From: an uncultured delta proteobacterium | GTDB taxonomy: Bacteria > Desulfobacterota > Binatia > Binatales > Binataceae | DNA: 64,000 nt | Direction: 5' to 3' | NCBI GenBank assembly: GCA_963747845.1 | Contig: CAVVGR010000008.1 | Span: 65,091-129,090 of the forward strand | Shown here: one piece after another, positions 8,957-17,651 of the stretch | Layout: each line of letters starts with the position of its first letter | How positions within the stretch are numbered: the stretch's first letter is position 1 | Translations under genes and position numbers: made by a program | Notes under the pieces: generated by a model | The model's database searches: none | What the model was told of the DNA's origin: nothing | The model's input: the letters and a program-made list of their open reading frames with translations, nothing else

Positions 8957-9779
8957 AGAACGTTGGGTAGTGTCTCAGTTTGAAAATGAGCCGTCCTTGA
9001 CAACGACGACGCGAGCCGCCCGCCGCCTCCGCGCTTCCGCTGATCACCCAAGTGAGGAGTAACGACCATGCGTAAAGTCAAAACCGCGAGCTTCGTCAGC
9101 CTGGACGGCGTTATGCAGGCCCCGGGCGCGCCCGACGAGGACACGACTGGCGGCTTCGCCTTCGGCGGCTGGATCGTCAACTTCGCGCTGGACGGGCTGA
9201 TGGCCGAGGCGATGGGCGAGGACTACGACCTGCTGCTGGGTCGCAGGACCTACGAGATCTTCGCCGCGTACTGGCCGTTCATGGACGACGAGATCGGCCG
9301 CAAGTTCAACGCCATCGACAAGTACGTGGCGGCCGGGCCCGAGACGCCCCTGACCTGGGCCGGCAGCCACCGGCTGGAAGGCGACCTGGCCGAGGCGGTG
9401 CGAGCGCTGAAGGCGACCGAGGGTCGCGACCTGCTGATCCAGGGATCGAGCGAGCTGATCCACACGACTGCTGGCCCATGACCTGATCGACCAGCTGACC
9501 CTGCTGACCTTCCCGGTGATCCTGGGCTCGGGCAAGCGGTTGTTCGACGACGGCTCGCAGCCCCGCGCCTGGGCGCTGACGAAGACGCGGCAGTCCAGGA
9601 CGGGGGTGGTGGTCAACACCTACGAAAGGACCGATCAGCCGCCGCAGACGGGCTCGTTCGGGCAGACGATACCCAGCGAAGCCGAGCTGGCGCGGCGCGC
9701 AACGGTGGGCGCGGGAGGACCGCGCCTAACGGTTCATCGAAGGACTGCGGAAATTCAAACTGAGACACCACCAGAACGT
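8957..9779. mobile_element. TIR-bounded, direct-repeat-flanked cassette carrying one DHFR-family gene and no transposase
   Basis: GGTAGTGTCTCAGTTTGAA (8966-8984) versus the reverse complement of TTCAAACTGAGACACCACC (9754-9772) matches at 18/19. AGAACGT lies at 8957-8963 and 9773-9779. Confidence 0.55.
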
Positions 9780-9821
9780 GCCGCATCGCAGAACCCTCAC
9801 CTAACCTCTCCCGTCAAATAA
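9068..9821 (+). pseudogene. dihydrofolate reductase family (RibD C-terminal domain) protein, frame-disrupted
   Basis: MRKVKTASFVSLDGVMQAPG...LLGRRTYEIFAAYWP...LLIQGSSELIHT, then LLAHDLIDQLTLLTFPVILGSGKRLF...GVVVNTYER in frame +1 from 9468. A further +1 frame gives QRWAREDRA and stops at 9727-9729. Confidence 0.75.
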
Positions 9822-9831
9822 CGGGCGAGGG
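9791..9831 (-). repeat. REP-B type hairpin repeat (inverted orientation)
   Basis: GAACCCTCACC-TAA-CCTCTCCCGTCAAATAACGGGCGAGGG has the same architecture as the copies at 12531, 52514 and 57232. Confidence 0.5.
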
Positions 9832-9885
9832 ATCAGAAAGGAGCATTGTTGACCCCCCGGACAGTTAACCAGTTACAAAGGTAGG

Positions 9886-10827
9886 ATGGCTTTGGGCGTT
9901 ACTTCTGTTGAAAAGATCATTCTGGCTGAGCCGCGCGGATTTTGCGCCGGCGTCGATCGCGCGGTCGAGGCTGTCCGCAGCGCGCTGCGCTCCTACGGGC
10001 GCCCGCTCTACGTGCGTCATCAGATAGTGCACAACCGCTTCGTGCTCGAGGCGCTCGAACGCGAAGGCGCGATTTTCGTCGAGAGTCTCGACGAGGTGCC
10101 CACCGGCCAGCGCGTCATCTTCAGCGCGCATGGCGTCGCGCCCAGCGAATGGGATCGCGCCAAGGACCGCGCGCTGCGCGTCATCGACGCCACCTGCCCG
10201 CTCGTCACCAAGGTTCATCTCGAAGTCAAAAAATACGACGCCGAAGACCGCACCGTTATCCTCATCGGCCACGCCGGCCACGAAGAAGTGAAGGGCACGC
10301 TCGGCGTCGCCCCCGGCAAGGTGGTGCTGGTCGGCAGCGTCGCCGAGGCGCGCACCGTCGCCGTCGAGCATCCCGATCGTATCGCCGCGGTCACCCAGAC
10401 CACGCTCAGCGTCGACGACACGCGCGACATAATGGAGACGCTGAAGGAGCGTTTCCCCTCGATGCAGGCGCCGAAGACCGACGACATCTGCTACGCGACG
10501 CAGAACCGCCAGAACGCCGTCAAGGAACTCGTCCAGGTGAGCGACGCGGTGCTGGTCGTCGGCTCCAAGCAGAGCTCGAATGCCAACCGGCTGGTCGAGG
10601 TCGCGCGGATGCGCGGCGCGCGTGCGTTCCTGGTCGATTCGATCGCCGACGTCGAGCCCGCGATGCTCGAAGGCGTGCGCGCGCTCGGCCTGACTGCAAG
10701 CGCGTCGTCGCCGGAATGGCTGGTCGAGGAAATTATCGGCGCGTTCGCGCGCTCGGGCGCCGTGGTCGAGCTGCTGAGCGTCGCCAAAGAGCGCGTGCAT
10801 TTCCCGCTGCCGATGCCGGCGGACTGA
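9886..10827 (+). CDS. ispH: 4-hydroxy-3-methylbut-2-enyl diphosphate reductase
   Basis: LAEPRGFCAGVDRAV...HQIVHN...FSAHGV...DATCPLVTKVH...GHAGHEEV...TQTT...ICYATQNRQ...VVGSKQSSNANRL. Confidence 0.92.
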   Translation: MALGVTSVEKIILAEPRGFCAGVDRAVEAVRSALRSYGRPLYVRHQIVHNRFVLEALEREGAIFVESLDEVPTGQRVIFSAHGVAPSEWDRAKDRALRVIDATCPLVTKVHLEVKKYDAEDRTVILIGHAGHEEVKGTLGVAPGKVVLVGSVAEARTVAVEHPDRIAAVTQTTLSVDDTRDIMETLKERFPSMQAPKTDDICYATQNRQNAVKELVQVSDAVLVVGSKQSSNANRLVEVARMRGARAFLVDSIADVEPAMLEGVRALGLTASASSPEWLVEEIIGAFARSGAVVELLSVAKERVHFPLPMPAD

Positions 10828-10948
10828 GCCGCGCCGCGATTTCCGCAGCGCCCTCGAACATCTGTCCCGCCGCGCGTTGCAACTTGACAATTCCGCGCGA
10901 TTGCTTGCAGACTCATCCGGATTTCGCCGAACCGTGAGAGGAACCCTG

Positions 10949-11806
10949 ATGCGTACAGCTATCGCGCGCGCGCTGCTAGTGCCGGTCCTGCTGGCAATCC
11001 CGTTGGTCAGCGGATGCCAGTCCGAGTCGAAGAAGCATCTCTATGCCGCTGAAGACCTGTTCGAAAAGCGCGATCTCGACGGCGCCAAAAAGGAACTCGA
11101 GTTGGCAATACAAGCCGACCCCAACAATCTCGACGCGCACAAGTCGCTCGCGCATATAGACGAAGCGCTCGGCGACCAGGAAGGCGCCGCGAAGGAATAC
11201 ATGGCGGCGTCGGCGCTCGATCCAACCGATCAGAAACTGCTCGACCAGGCCCGCCTCTACAAGCAGCTCGAAGACATGGCGAATTCCTCGGGCCAGGCCC
11301 TCGACAAGATTAAGGCCGGCAACGTCACCGACGGCGTCTCCCAGCTCAAGGACATCATCGTCACCACGCGGATTCCCGCGGCGCGTGAAAAGGCGGTGAA
11401 CGCGCTCTCCGACGCGATTCCGATCATCGCAAAAGTCGGCGACCAGCAGATGGCGGACAAGAAATACGCCGACGCCGTCACCACCTACGAACAGGGCATC
11501 CGCGCCGCGATGCTGCTGTCGAGGGCGCACAAGAGCGACACGCTCAGCCCCGACGCCGACCCGATGATGCAGAATATCAACGTGGCCGCCAAGGCCGCCG
11601 GCACGCCCGACGTGACCTTCAAGCTGTTCAATGACGTGATCGGCGACTACCCCGACGACAAGGTCGCCAACCTGCAACTGGCCGAGGTCTATCTCGCCAA
11701 GACTCCGCCCGACTACGACACCGCCGCCGACCTCGAAGAGCGCGGCGGCGCGCCCGACGATCAGGTGGCCAAACTTCGCGCGATGGCCAAGAAGCATCGC
11801 AAGTGA
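10949..11806 (+). CDS. TPR-repeat lipoprotein
   Basis: ORF 10877..11806 trimmed to MRTAIARALLVPVLLAIPLVSGC (lipobox LVSGC). TPR-like helical repeats (LELAIQADPNNLDAHKSLAHI...). Confidence 0.7.
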   Translation: MRTAIARALLVPVLLAIPLVSGCQSESKKHLYAAEDLFEKRDLDGAKKELELAIQADPNNLDAHKSLAHIDEALGDQEGAAKEYMAASALDPTDQKLLDQARLYKQLEDMANSSGQALDKIKAGNVTDGVSQLKDIIVTTRIPAAREKAVNALSDAIPIIAKVGDQQMADKKYADAVTTYEQGIRAAMLLSRAHKSDTLSPDADPMMQNINVAAKAAGTPDVTFKLFNDVIGDYPDDKVANLQLAEVYLAKTPPDYDTAADLEERGGAPDDQVAKLRAMAKKHRK

Positions 11807-11862
11807 TCGGCGAGAGCGTTCCCGCTCGCGACTGAGATGAGCTGAGGCGATAATCTACGCCG

Positions 11863-12501
11863 ATGCGCCGGCGCGGCTATATCGCGGTCGAGGGGCCTAT
11901 CGGGGTTGGCAAAACGAGCCTCGCGCAGGCGCTCGCGCGCGAGTTGGGCGCGCGCCTGATGCTCGAGGACGCCGACAACAATCCGTTTCTGCCACGCTTC
12001 TACGAAGATCCCGACAAGTACGCATTTCCCGCGCAGCTCTATTTCCTGCTCACCCGCCACAGCCAGCAGCGCGAGCTGAAGCAGCAGGATCTTTTCAGCC
12101 AGGCGACGGTCGCCGACTACCTGTTTGCCAAGGATAAAATTTTCGCCTCGATGAATCTCGCGCCCGACGAGCTCAAGCTCTACGACAACGTCTACAAGCT
12201 GCTCGACGCCGAGATGGCAAAGCCCGACCTCGTCGTCTACGTGCGCGCGACCATCGAGGTGCTGGCCGAGCGCCTGCGCAAACGCAATCGCGATTTCGAA
12301 CGCCACATCAGCTTCGACTACCTCGAGCGCGTGTCGTCGGCCTACCGCGATTTCTTTTTCTACTACGACGAAGCGCCCCTGCTGGTCGTCGACACCTCCG
12401 AAATCGACTTCGTAGCCAACCCCGAAGACCTCGGCGAACTAATCCGCGAAATAGACCGCGCCGGCCCAGGCACCCAATACTTCGTCCCCCGCAAGGGCTG
12501 A
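11863..12501 (+). CDS. deoxynucleoside kinase family protein
   Basis: P-loop IAVEGPIGVGKTSL. NPFLPRFYEDPDKYAFPAQLYFL and the DRxxxxD-type lid are typical of dAK/dGK-like kinases. Confidence 0.8.
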   Translation: MRRRGYIAVEGPIGVGKTSLAQALARELGARLMLEDADNNPFLPRFYEDPDKYAFPAQLYFLLTRHSQQRELKQQDLFSQATVADYLFAKDKIFASMNLAPDELKLYDNVYKLLDAEMAKPDLVVYVRATIEVLAERLRKRNRDFERHISFDYLERVSSAYRDFFFYYDEAPLLVVDTSEIDFVANPEDLGELIREIDRAGPGTQYFVPRKG

Positions 12502-12530
12502 GAGTCTTCAGCTCCGGCTCCGCTCTGTCT

Positions 12531-12567
12531 CCTCGCCCTGTGAGGGCGAGGATGAAGGTGAGGGTCC
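12531..12567 (+). repeat. REP-B type hairpin repeat (short form)
   Basis: CCTCGCCCTGTGAGGGCGAGG-ATGAA-GGTGAGGGTCC. Confidence 0.5.
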
Positions 12568-12681
12568 TTATACAGCGCGCATCTTTTGCGTGCGAATCAA
12601 GATTCTGGGTGTTCTTTGGCTCATCCTTGACATAAGCGAAGAAATAGCGAAAATAGGTCGCTTCGAGGGAGGTCAAATCCT

Positions 12682-13143
12682 ATGGCGACCTGGAGTGAGT
12701 TCGAAACCGACGCGCCTGATATCGCGGCGGCTGGGCGTCAGATGCTCTATCAGTTCGGCGTTGGACTGGCCTTCCTTGCGACGCTGCGCAGGGACGGGGC
12801 GCCGCGCTTGCACCCGATTTGCCCGACTATCGTCGACGGTCACCTCTACGCCCTCATCGGCCCTACGCCCAAGCGCGCCGATCTCAGGCGCGACGGCCGC
12901 TATGCGCTGCATACGTTTCCGCCGGTCGAGGTCGACGACGAGTTCCTCGTGATGGGGCGCGCGATGTTCATCGACAGCGACGCTATCGCCGACAAGGTCC
13001 GCACAGACCTCGTCGGCCGCGGCATGACCAGCATCAACGACGAGCTCCCTTTCGAGTTCCGCATCGAGAGCGTGATGCATGCGAAGTATCCGGGCGGTCA
13101 CGGCACCTGGCCGCCGAAATATTCGATTTGGAAATCGCGCTGA
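12682..13143 (+). CDS. pyridoxamine 5'-phosphate oxidase-like (FMN-binding split barrel) protein
   Basis: 153 aa after the SD GAGGGAGG. Shows ...LATLRRDGAPRLHPI...LRRDGRYALH..., the general pattern of the PNPOx-like family. Confidence 0.6.
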   Translation: MATWSEFETDAPDIAAAGRQMLYQFGVGLAFLATLRRDGAPRLHPICPTIVDGHLYALIGPTPKRADLRRDGRYALHTFPPVEVDDEFLVMGRAMFIDSDAIADKVRTDLVGRGMTSINDELPFEFRIESVMHAKYPGGHGTWPPKYSIWKSR

Positions 13144-13199
13144 CTTTCAGCGAAATACCGGCGGGCAGATTCGTCCCGAGCCGCGCGCTGCCGCCGAAC

Positions 13200-14778
13200 A
13201 TGACTATCCTGCTATGGACGCTATCTCTGCTGCTTGGCGCGGTGCTGCTGGCCGCGCTCGCGCGGCGAATCAACGTGCCGTCGCCATCGTTGTTCGCGCT
13301 GGGCGGAGTGCTGGTCGCTCTGCTGCCCGACAGCCCGCGAATCTCGCTCGAGCCCGACCTGGCGCTCGCCCTGTTCGTCGCGCCGGTGCTGATGGACGCG
13401 GCGTTCGACAACTCGCTGCGTGATCTCCGCAAGAACTGGCTCCCCGTCACCAGCCTGGTCTTCGCCGCGGTGACGACGACGACCGCTGCCGTGGCCCTGG
13501 TCGCTCACTGGCTGATTCCCGCGATGCCATGGGCTGCCGCGATTGCCCTGGGCGCCGCAGTGGCGCCGCCGGACGCCGCGGCCGCCACCGCAGTCCTCAA
13601 AGAAGTGAAGCTGCCGCATCGGCTCGTGCAGATCCTCGAAGACGAGAGCCTGCTCAACGACGCCAGCGCGCTGCTGATCTATCGGCTGGCCGTCGGCGCC
13701 GCTATCGCCCATGCCGGCAGCGCGCTGGACGTCGTGTCGTCGCTCGCCTTCGTGCTGGTCGCGAGCGTCGCCCTCGGCATCATCTTCGCCTACGTATTCG
13801 GCGGCGTCGTCAACCGCTTCTCCCACGTGCCCAGTTCAATCGTTATGCAATTCCTCGGCGCGTTCGGAATATGGCTGCTGGCGGATCGGCTCAATCTGTC
13901 GGGCGTGCTGGTGATCGTTGCGGCCGCGGTCGTACTGTCGCGCCGGTCGCCATTGCAGATGCCCGCCGCGGTGCGAGTCCCGTCCTTCGCGGTGTGGGAA
14001 GCGGTAGTCTTCATCCTCAACGCCGTCGCGTTCATCCTCATCGGCCTGCAGTTGGGGCCGATCATGGATCGGCTGTCACGCGCGCAGCATGTTCACTACT
14101 TCGCCTTCGCCGCCGCAATTGTGCTGACGGTCATACTGGCGCGGATGGGCTGGCTGATGACCTACAACCTGTCGCTCAGACTCGCCAATCTCATCCTCGG
14201 AGAACGCGCACCGCAGACTCTGGCTGCTCCCCGGTTCCGGCGCAGTCTGCTCGCCTCATGGTGCGGAATGCGCGGGATCGTGACGCTGGCCGCAGCGCTC
14301 GCGCTGCCCGACGGCTCGGGCGCCATCCCCGCATTTCCATATCGCGATCTGATAGTGCTGACGGCGTTTCGCGGTCGTGCTCGGCACCCTCGTCATCCAG
14401 GGTTTCACGCTGCGGCTGCTGCTGATGCTGCTGAATCTCGACGACGATGACGAGACGTCGATCGAAAGCGAACTGCGCGCCGGCCGCCACGAGATGTTTC
14501 AAGCGGCGCTCGCGAGCCTGGACAACCAGGACAGCAACGTCGCGGCCGGCCTTCGCCGTGACTACGGGGAGCTGCTGCAACACGTCGATGGCTCTGGCGG
14601 TCTGTCGGACGAACAGCATCAATCCGAGCTCGCGCTTCGCGCCACTGCACGAACCGCCGCGCGCGAGCGCCTGAATGCGCTCAGGCTTCGCGGTGAGATA
14701 GGAGAAGAGGCGTTCCACCAGTTGGAAGCCGAACTGGACTTGCTCGAACTCGAAGAGGAAGTTCGCGGCCGCTGGTGA
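13200..14778 (+). pseudogene. Na+/H+ antiporter (CPA1, NhaP type), +1 frame change at about 14370
   Basis: MTILLWTLSLLLGAVLL...APPDAAAATAVL...LEDESLLNDASALLIY...DLIVLTAF, then AVVLGTLVIQGFTLRLL... plus a soluble C-terminal tail in frame +1 (ORF 14377..14778). Confidence 0.85.
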
Positions 14779-14783
14779 AGTGC

Positions 14784-15077
14784 CTACGCCTGGCCATCGG
14801 TGAATGCGATCTCGATATTCTCCGCCAGCTTGAAATCCTTGTCGGTCACGCCGCCCTGATCGTGCGTCGAGTTGGAAAACGTGACCCGCGTATAGTTGAT
14901 CGTAATGTCGGGATGATGGTCGGCGGCCTCGGCAATCTCGGCAACCTTCTGCACGAACTCGATGCCGTGGAGGTACTCTTTGAACTTGAACGTTTTGCTG
15001 ATGGCGTTGTTCTTGTACTCCCATCCAGGCAGCGCCTTCAGCTTCTCGACAATCTGATCCGGTGTGAGCTTCGCCAT
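14784..15077 (-). CDS. 4a-hydroxytetrahydrobiopterin (pterin-4a-carbinolamine) dehydratase
   Basis: 97 aa, ...LPGWEY...EFVQKVAEIAEAADHHPDITINYTRVTF...H, the PCD/DCoH signature. Confidence 0.85.
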   Translation of the reverse strand: MAKLTPDQIVEKLKALPGWEYKNNAISKTFKFKEYLHGIEFVQKVAEIAEAADHHPDITINYTRVTFSNSTHDQGGVTDKDFKLAENIEIAFTDGQA

Positions 15078-15143
15078 CTTCGTAATCCTCCAATCGCCAT
15101 CCTAGTCCCAAGCAACATGATCTCATACTTCCCTCAAAACAAC

Positions 15144-15238
15144 TTCCGAACAGGGACGAAGTCCCGCATCCTCTCCTGATACCGGGTGCAGGGGTCACCC
15201 CTGCCGAAGGAAGTTTGAAACCCACCGCGGGTTTCAAA
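15144..15238 (-). repeat. REP-A structured intergenic repeat, full length (3 hairpins)
   Basis: The reverse complement aligns with the copies at 52385 and 57105: TTGAAACCCGCGGTGGGTTTCAA...GCAGGGGTGACCCCTGC...GGGACTTCGTCCC. Confidence 0.8.
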
Positions 15239-15317
15239 TCAAAATAGTGAATTTTCGATCCCGCCGTTATACCGTCGCTCGCGCCTGTGGTATTAGGAAT
15301 TCATCGAGGGAACGATC

Positions 15318-15767
15318 ATGGCGAACAAATACGTTACCGACGAAGCGCGCAAGCAAATCGGCAAGGTCTCCGAACCGCGGACTTACGAGGTCGAACGCGG
15401 CGCAATTCGCCGCTTCGCCGAGGCGATCGAGGATCGCAATCCGCTCTTCAACAGCGAGCGCGACGCGCGCCAGACCCGCTACGGCAGCATGATCGCACCG
15501 CCGACGTTCTGCCGATCGATGGGCTCGCCGATTCCCGACATCAAGCTCGACATGCCCACCTTCCGCGGCCTCGACGGCGGCTCGGATTGGGAATACTTCG
15601 CGCCGATTCGTCCCGGCGATCGCATCACGGTACAATCAAAGCTGGTTGATTTGCGCGAGGCTGCCGGCCGTCTCGGCCCGATGGTCTTCACGGTGGTCGA
15701 GACCACGTACACCAACCAGTTTGGCGAGGTCTGCGTCGTACAACGCTCGACCGGAATCCGTTACTAG
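15318..15767 (+). CDS. MaoC N-terminal-like / FAS1-like dehydratase hotdog protein (HadA-like partner)
   Basis: 149 aa, ...VERGAIRRFAEAIEDRNPLF...MIAPPTF... Confidence 0.7.
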   Translation: MANKYVTDEARKQIGKVSEPRTYEVERGAIRRFAEAIEDRNPLFNSERDARQTRYGSMIAPPTFCRSMGSPIPDIKLDMPTFRGLDGGSDWEYFAPIRPGDRITVQSKLVDLREAAGRLGPMVFTVVETTYTNQFGEVCVVQRSTGIRY

Positions 15768-15790
15768 AGTTATCGGAAAGGACGACCACG

Positions 15791-16231
15791 ATGGCGAAGC
15801 AAATCTATTTCGAAGACGTTGAAGTCGGCACCGAGATCGGACCGCTCGAAAAGGATCCGACCACCCAGCAGCTCGTCAGGTACGCCGGCGCGTCGGGCGA
15901 CTTCTATCAAATTCACTACGACAAGGATTTCGCGCTCGGCAACAACCTGCCCGGCGTGATCCTGCATGGCGCGTTGAAGAACGCGTTCCTCGGACACCTG
16001 ATGACCGACTTCGCCGGCGAGCTCGGATGGCTGCGGAAGCTCGGCGTGCAGTACCGGGGGATGGATCAGCCGGGGACCAAGGTAATCGCGCGCGGCAAGG
16101 TCTCGAAGAAATACACCGACGGCGGCTACAACCTGGTCGATTGCGAAATCTGGCTCGAGAACGCCAAGGGCGAGAAGACCACGCCCGGCTCCGCCACCGT
16201 CATTCTGCCCTCGCGCGCCGCGAGCCGATGA
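15791..16231 (+). CDS. MaoC-like dehydratase (HadB-like catalytic partner)
   Basis: 146 aa, ...LVRYAGASGDFYQIHYDKDFA...GVILHGALKNAFL... (D-x4-H hydratase motif region). Confidence 0.75.
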   Translation: MAKQIYFEDVEVGTEIGPLEKDPTTQQLVRYAGASGDFYQIHYDKDFALGNNLPGVILHGALKNAFLGHLMTDFAGELGWLRKLGVQYRGMDQPGTKVIARGKVSKKYTDGGYNLVDCEIWLENAKGEKTTPGSATVILPSRAASR

Positions 16232-16242
16232 GGTAACCCGCG

Positions 16243-17001
16243 ATGCCGATCCGGCGCGAATTTCCGCCGCGATCGCTGAATGCCGAGGCTCTCAGCGAGG
16301 GCCGCGTCGATCCGCATTACACCAAGGTGCTGACGCGCCTGCTCGCCGCGCACGCGATGGCTGAGAAGCTGACCGCGCTCGGCTACCAGCGCGCGCTCGA
16401 CAAGCTCGACAATCCCACTCTGCGGCCGATCGTCGAGAAAAATTTCGAGGAAGAAAAGAAGCACGCGCGACTCATCTACCGCGCGCTCGAAGAACTCGGC
16501 GTCAGTCAGCAGGCCGCGGACCGCTCGATGATTATGGTCTTGAAAGCGCCATCCTTCGACGCGCCGTGTTACTTCGCCGCCAAGGCCGAAGGCGAGCTCG
16601 ACCTCCTGATGGCGTCGCTAAGTCTCGATACCACCGGCCTCATCATGATTGGCGAGAACTATCGCGACTCGAGCTACGTGCCGCACGCGCGCGCCGCCGA
16701 AATAATTCTCGACGAAGAAGCGGACCACGAAATTTTCGCCTCGCGACAATTGGGCGACGCCGTCGAGCGCTTCGGCGTCGAGCCGGTCAACGCCGCACTG
16801 CGCCAATGGATCCCGCGCGCGGTGAATTTCTTCGGCCCGCCCGGCACCGGCTTCACCTACGACTGCATCCGCTACGGCCTCAAGACCCGCGACAACGAAG
16901 AACTAAGAGAACTATACGTCACGATGCTATCGCGCCGATGCGAGCAGCTAGGTCTCACACTGCCTTCACTCAGCGCCAGCTACCCTTACACCGTCGTTTA
17001 A
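16243..17001 (+). CDS. ferritin-like di-iron protein of the PaaA/PaaC (phenylacetic acid catabolic) family
   Basis: 252 aa with two E-x-x-H motifs (EEKKH, DEEADH) in helical context. Resembles 1,2-phenylacetyl-CoA epoxidase subunits. Assignment is from memory of the family only. Confidence 0.55.
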   Translation: MPIRREFPPRSLNAEALSEGRVDPHYTKVLTRLLAAHAMAEKLTALGYQRALDKLDNPTLRPIVEKNFEEEKKHARLIYRALEELGVSQQAADRSMIMVLKAPSFDAPCYFAAKAEGELDLLMASLSLDTTGLIMIGENYRDSSYVPHARAAEIILDEEADHEIFASRQLGDAVERFGVEPVNAALRQWIPRAVNFFGPPGTGFTYDCIRYGLKTRDNEELRELYVTMLSRRCEQLGLTLPSLSASYPYTVV

Positions 17002-17043
17002 ATTCCGGCTAAGTCTCCAGGGCACCGGCTTCGCCCTCCTGGC

Positions 17044-17083
17044 AAACAAAAACGGCGCGCCGCCGAACTATCGGCAGCGCGCC
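17044..17083 (-). terminator. rho-independent terminator of the repeat-protein gene
   Basis: On the minus strand, GGCGCGCTGCCGA-TAGT-TCGGCGGCGCGCC is followed by GTTTTTGTTTG. Confidence 0.65.
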
Positions 17084-17098
17084 ATGATCCGTCAAATC

Positions 17099-17524
17099 TT
17101 ACTCGTTGGCGGGGATACTATTTGGTGAATTGACGTTGTCGCTATGCTTCTGGATGACGACCTGTTGATGCGTAGACGTGCCGAGACCGTCGCTCTGTAC
17201 GTCGCTGCGCTTTTGCACGTCGACCTGGTTCTCTGTCGACGAGCCGAAGCCGTTATTCTCGACGTCACTGTGCTTCTCGATATTGACCTGTTTGCTGGTG
17301 GCAACTCCGAGGCCGCCGCTCTGTACATCGCTGCGCTTCTGGACGTCCACTTGCTGATGAGAGGCTACGCCGGCCGGGCCAAAGTTGGAGGTCGTATCAG
17401 TCGTCTTCTGCTCGCTCTGAACCGTGCTGGCGCTGTTATCCTGCATTTCCTGCGCATGCGCCATCGGAAGAACCAACAGTGTTCCGAACGCGCCGGCGAC
17501 AATTGTGAGTGCGATCCGTTTCAT
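17099..17524 (-). CDS. secreted protein with four 21-aa tandem repeats
   Basis: MKRIALTIVAGAFGTLLVLPMAHAQ signal peptide. Repeats are G-[LF]-G-x-[SA]-T-x2-Q-V-x-[VI]-[QE]-K-[RH]-S-D-V-[QE]-[SN]-x. Confidence 0.65.
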   Translation of the reverse strand: MKRIALTIVAGAFGTLLVLPMAHAQEMQDNSASTVQSEQKTTDTTSNFGPAGVASHQQVDVQKRSDVQSGGLGVATSKQVNIEKHSDVENNGFGSSTENQVDVQKRSDVQSDGLGTSTHQQVVIQKHSDNVNSPNSIPANE

Positions 17525-17651
17525 AGAAGCCTCCTGCAATTATTAAGAATTGCTTTGGATCCTTCTGATGCAGGGCCTATGCCAGAAATAATGCGCGCAA
17601 ACTCGACAAACTTTTTCCAGCGCGCACTCGGCGGCAGGTAAATGTTTCAAC

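Noticed and set aside
8962-8968. Integron attC-like core site GTTGGGT (GTTRRRY) at the left edge of the cassette
   Set aside because: This is a 7-nt degenerate motif expected by chance. There is no integrase, no complementary RYYYAAC partner in attC-like geometry, and the TIR/TSD pattern fits transposition better.
9865-10890. 341-aa ORF antisense to ispH
   Set aside because: Arg/Ala/Asp-rich shadow ORF of a GC-rich coding strand. It fully overlaps a gene with unambiguous IspH motifs and contains no recognisable motif.
14191-15237. ORFs starting MKPAVGF(K/T)LPSAGVTPAP (also 55554..)
   Set aside because: The shared N-terminus is simply the REP-A repeat read in one frame. The true lipoprotein gene starts at 55620, and the 14191 ORF is antisense to the antiporter and PCD genes.
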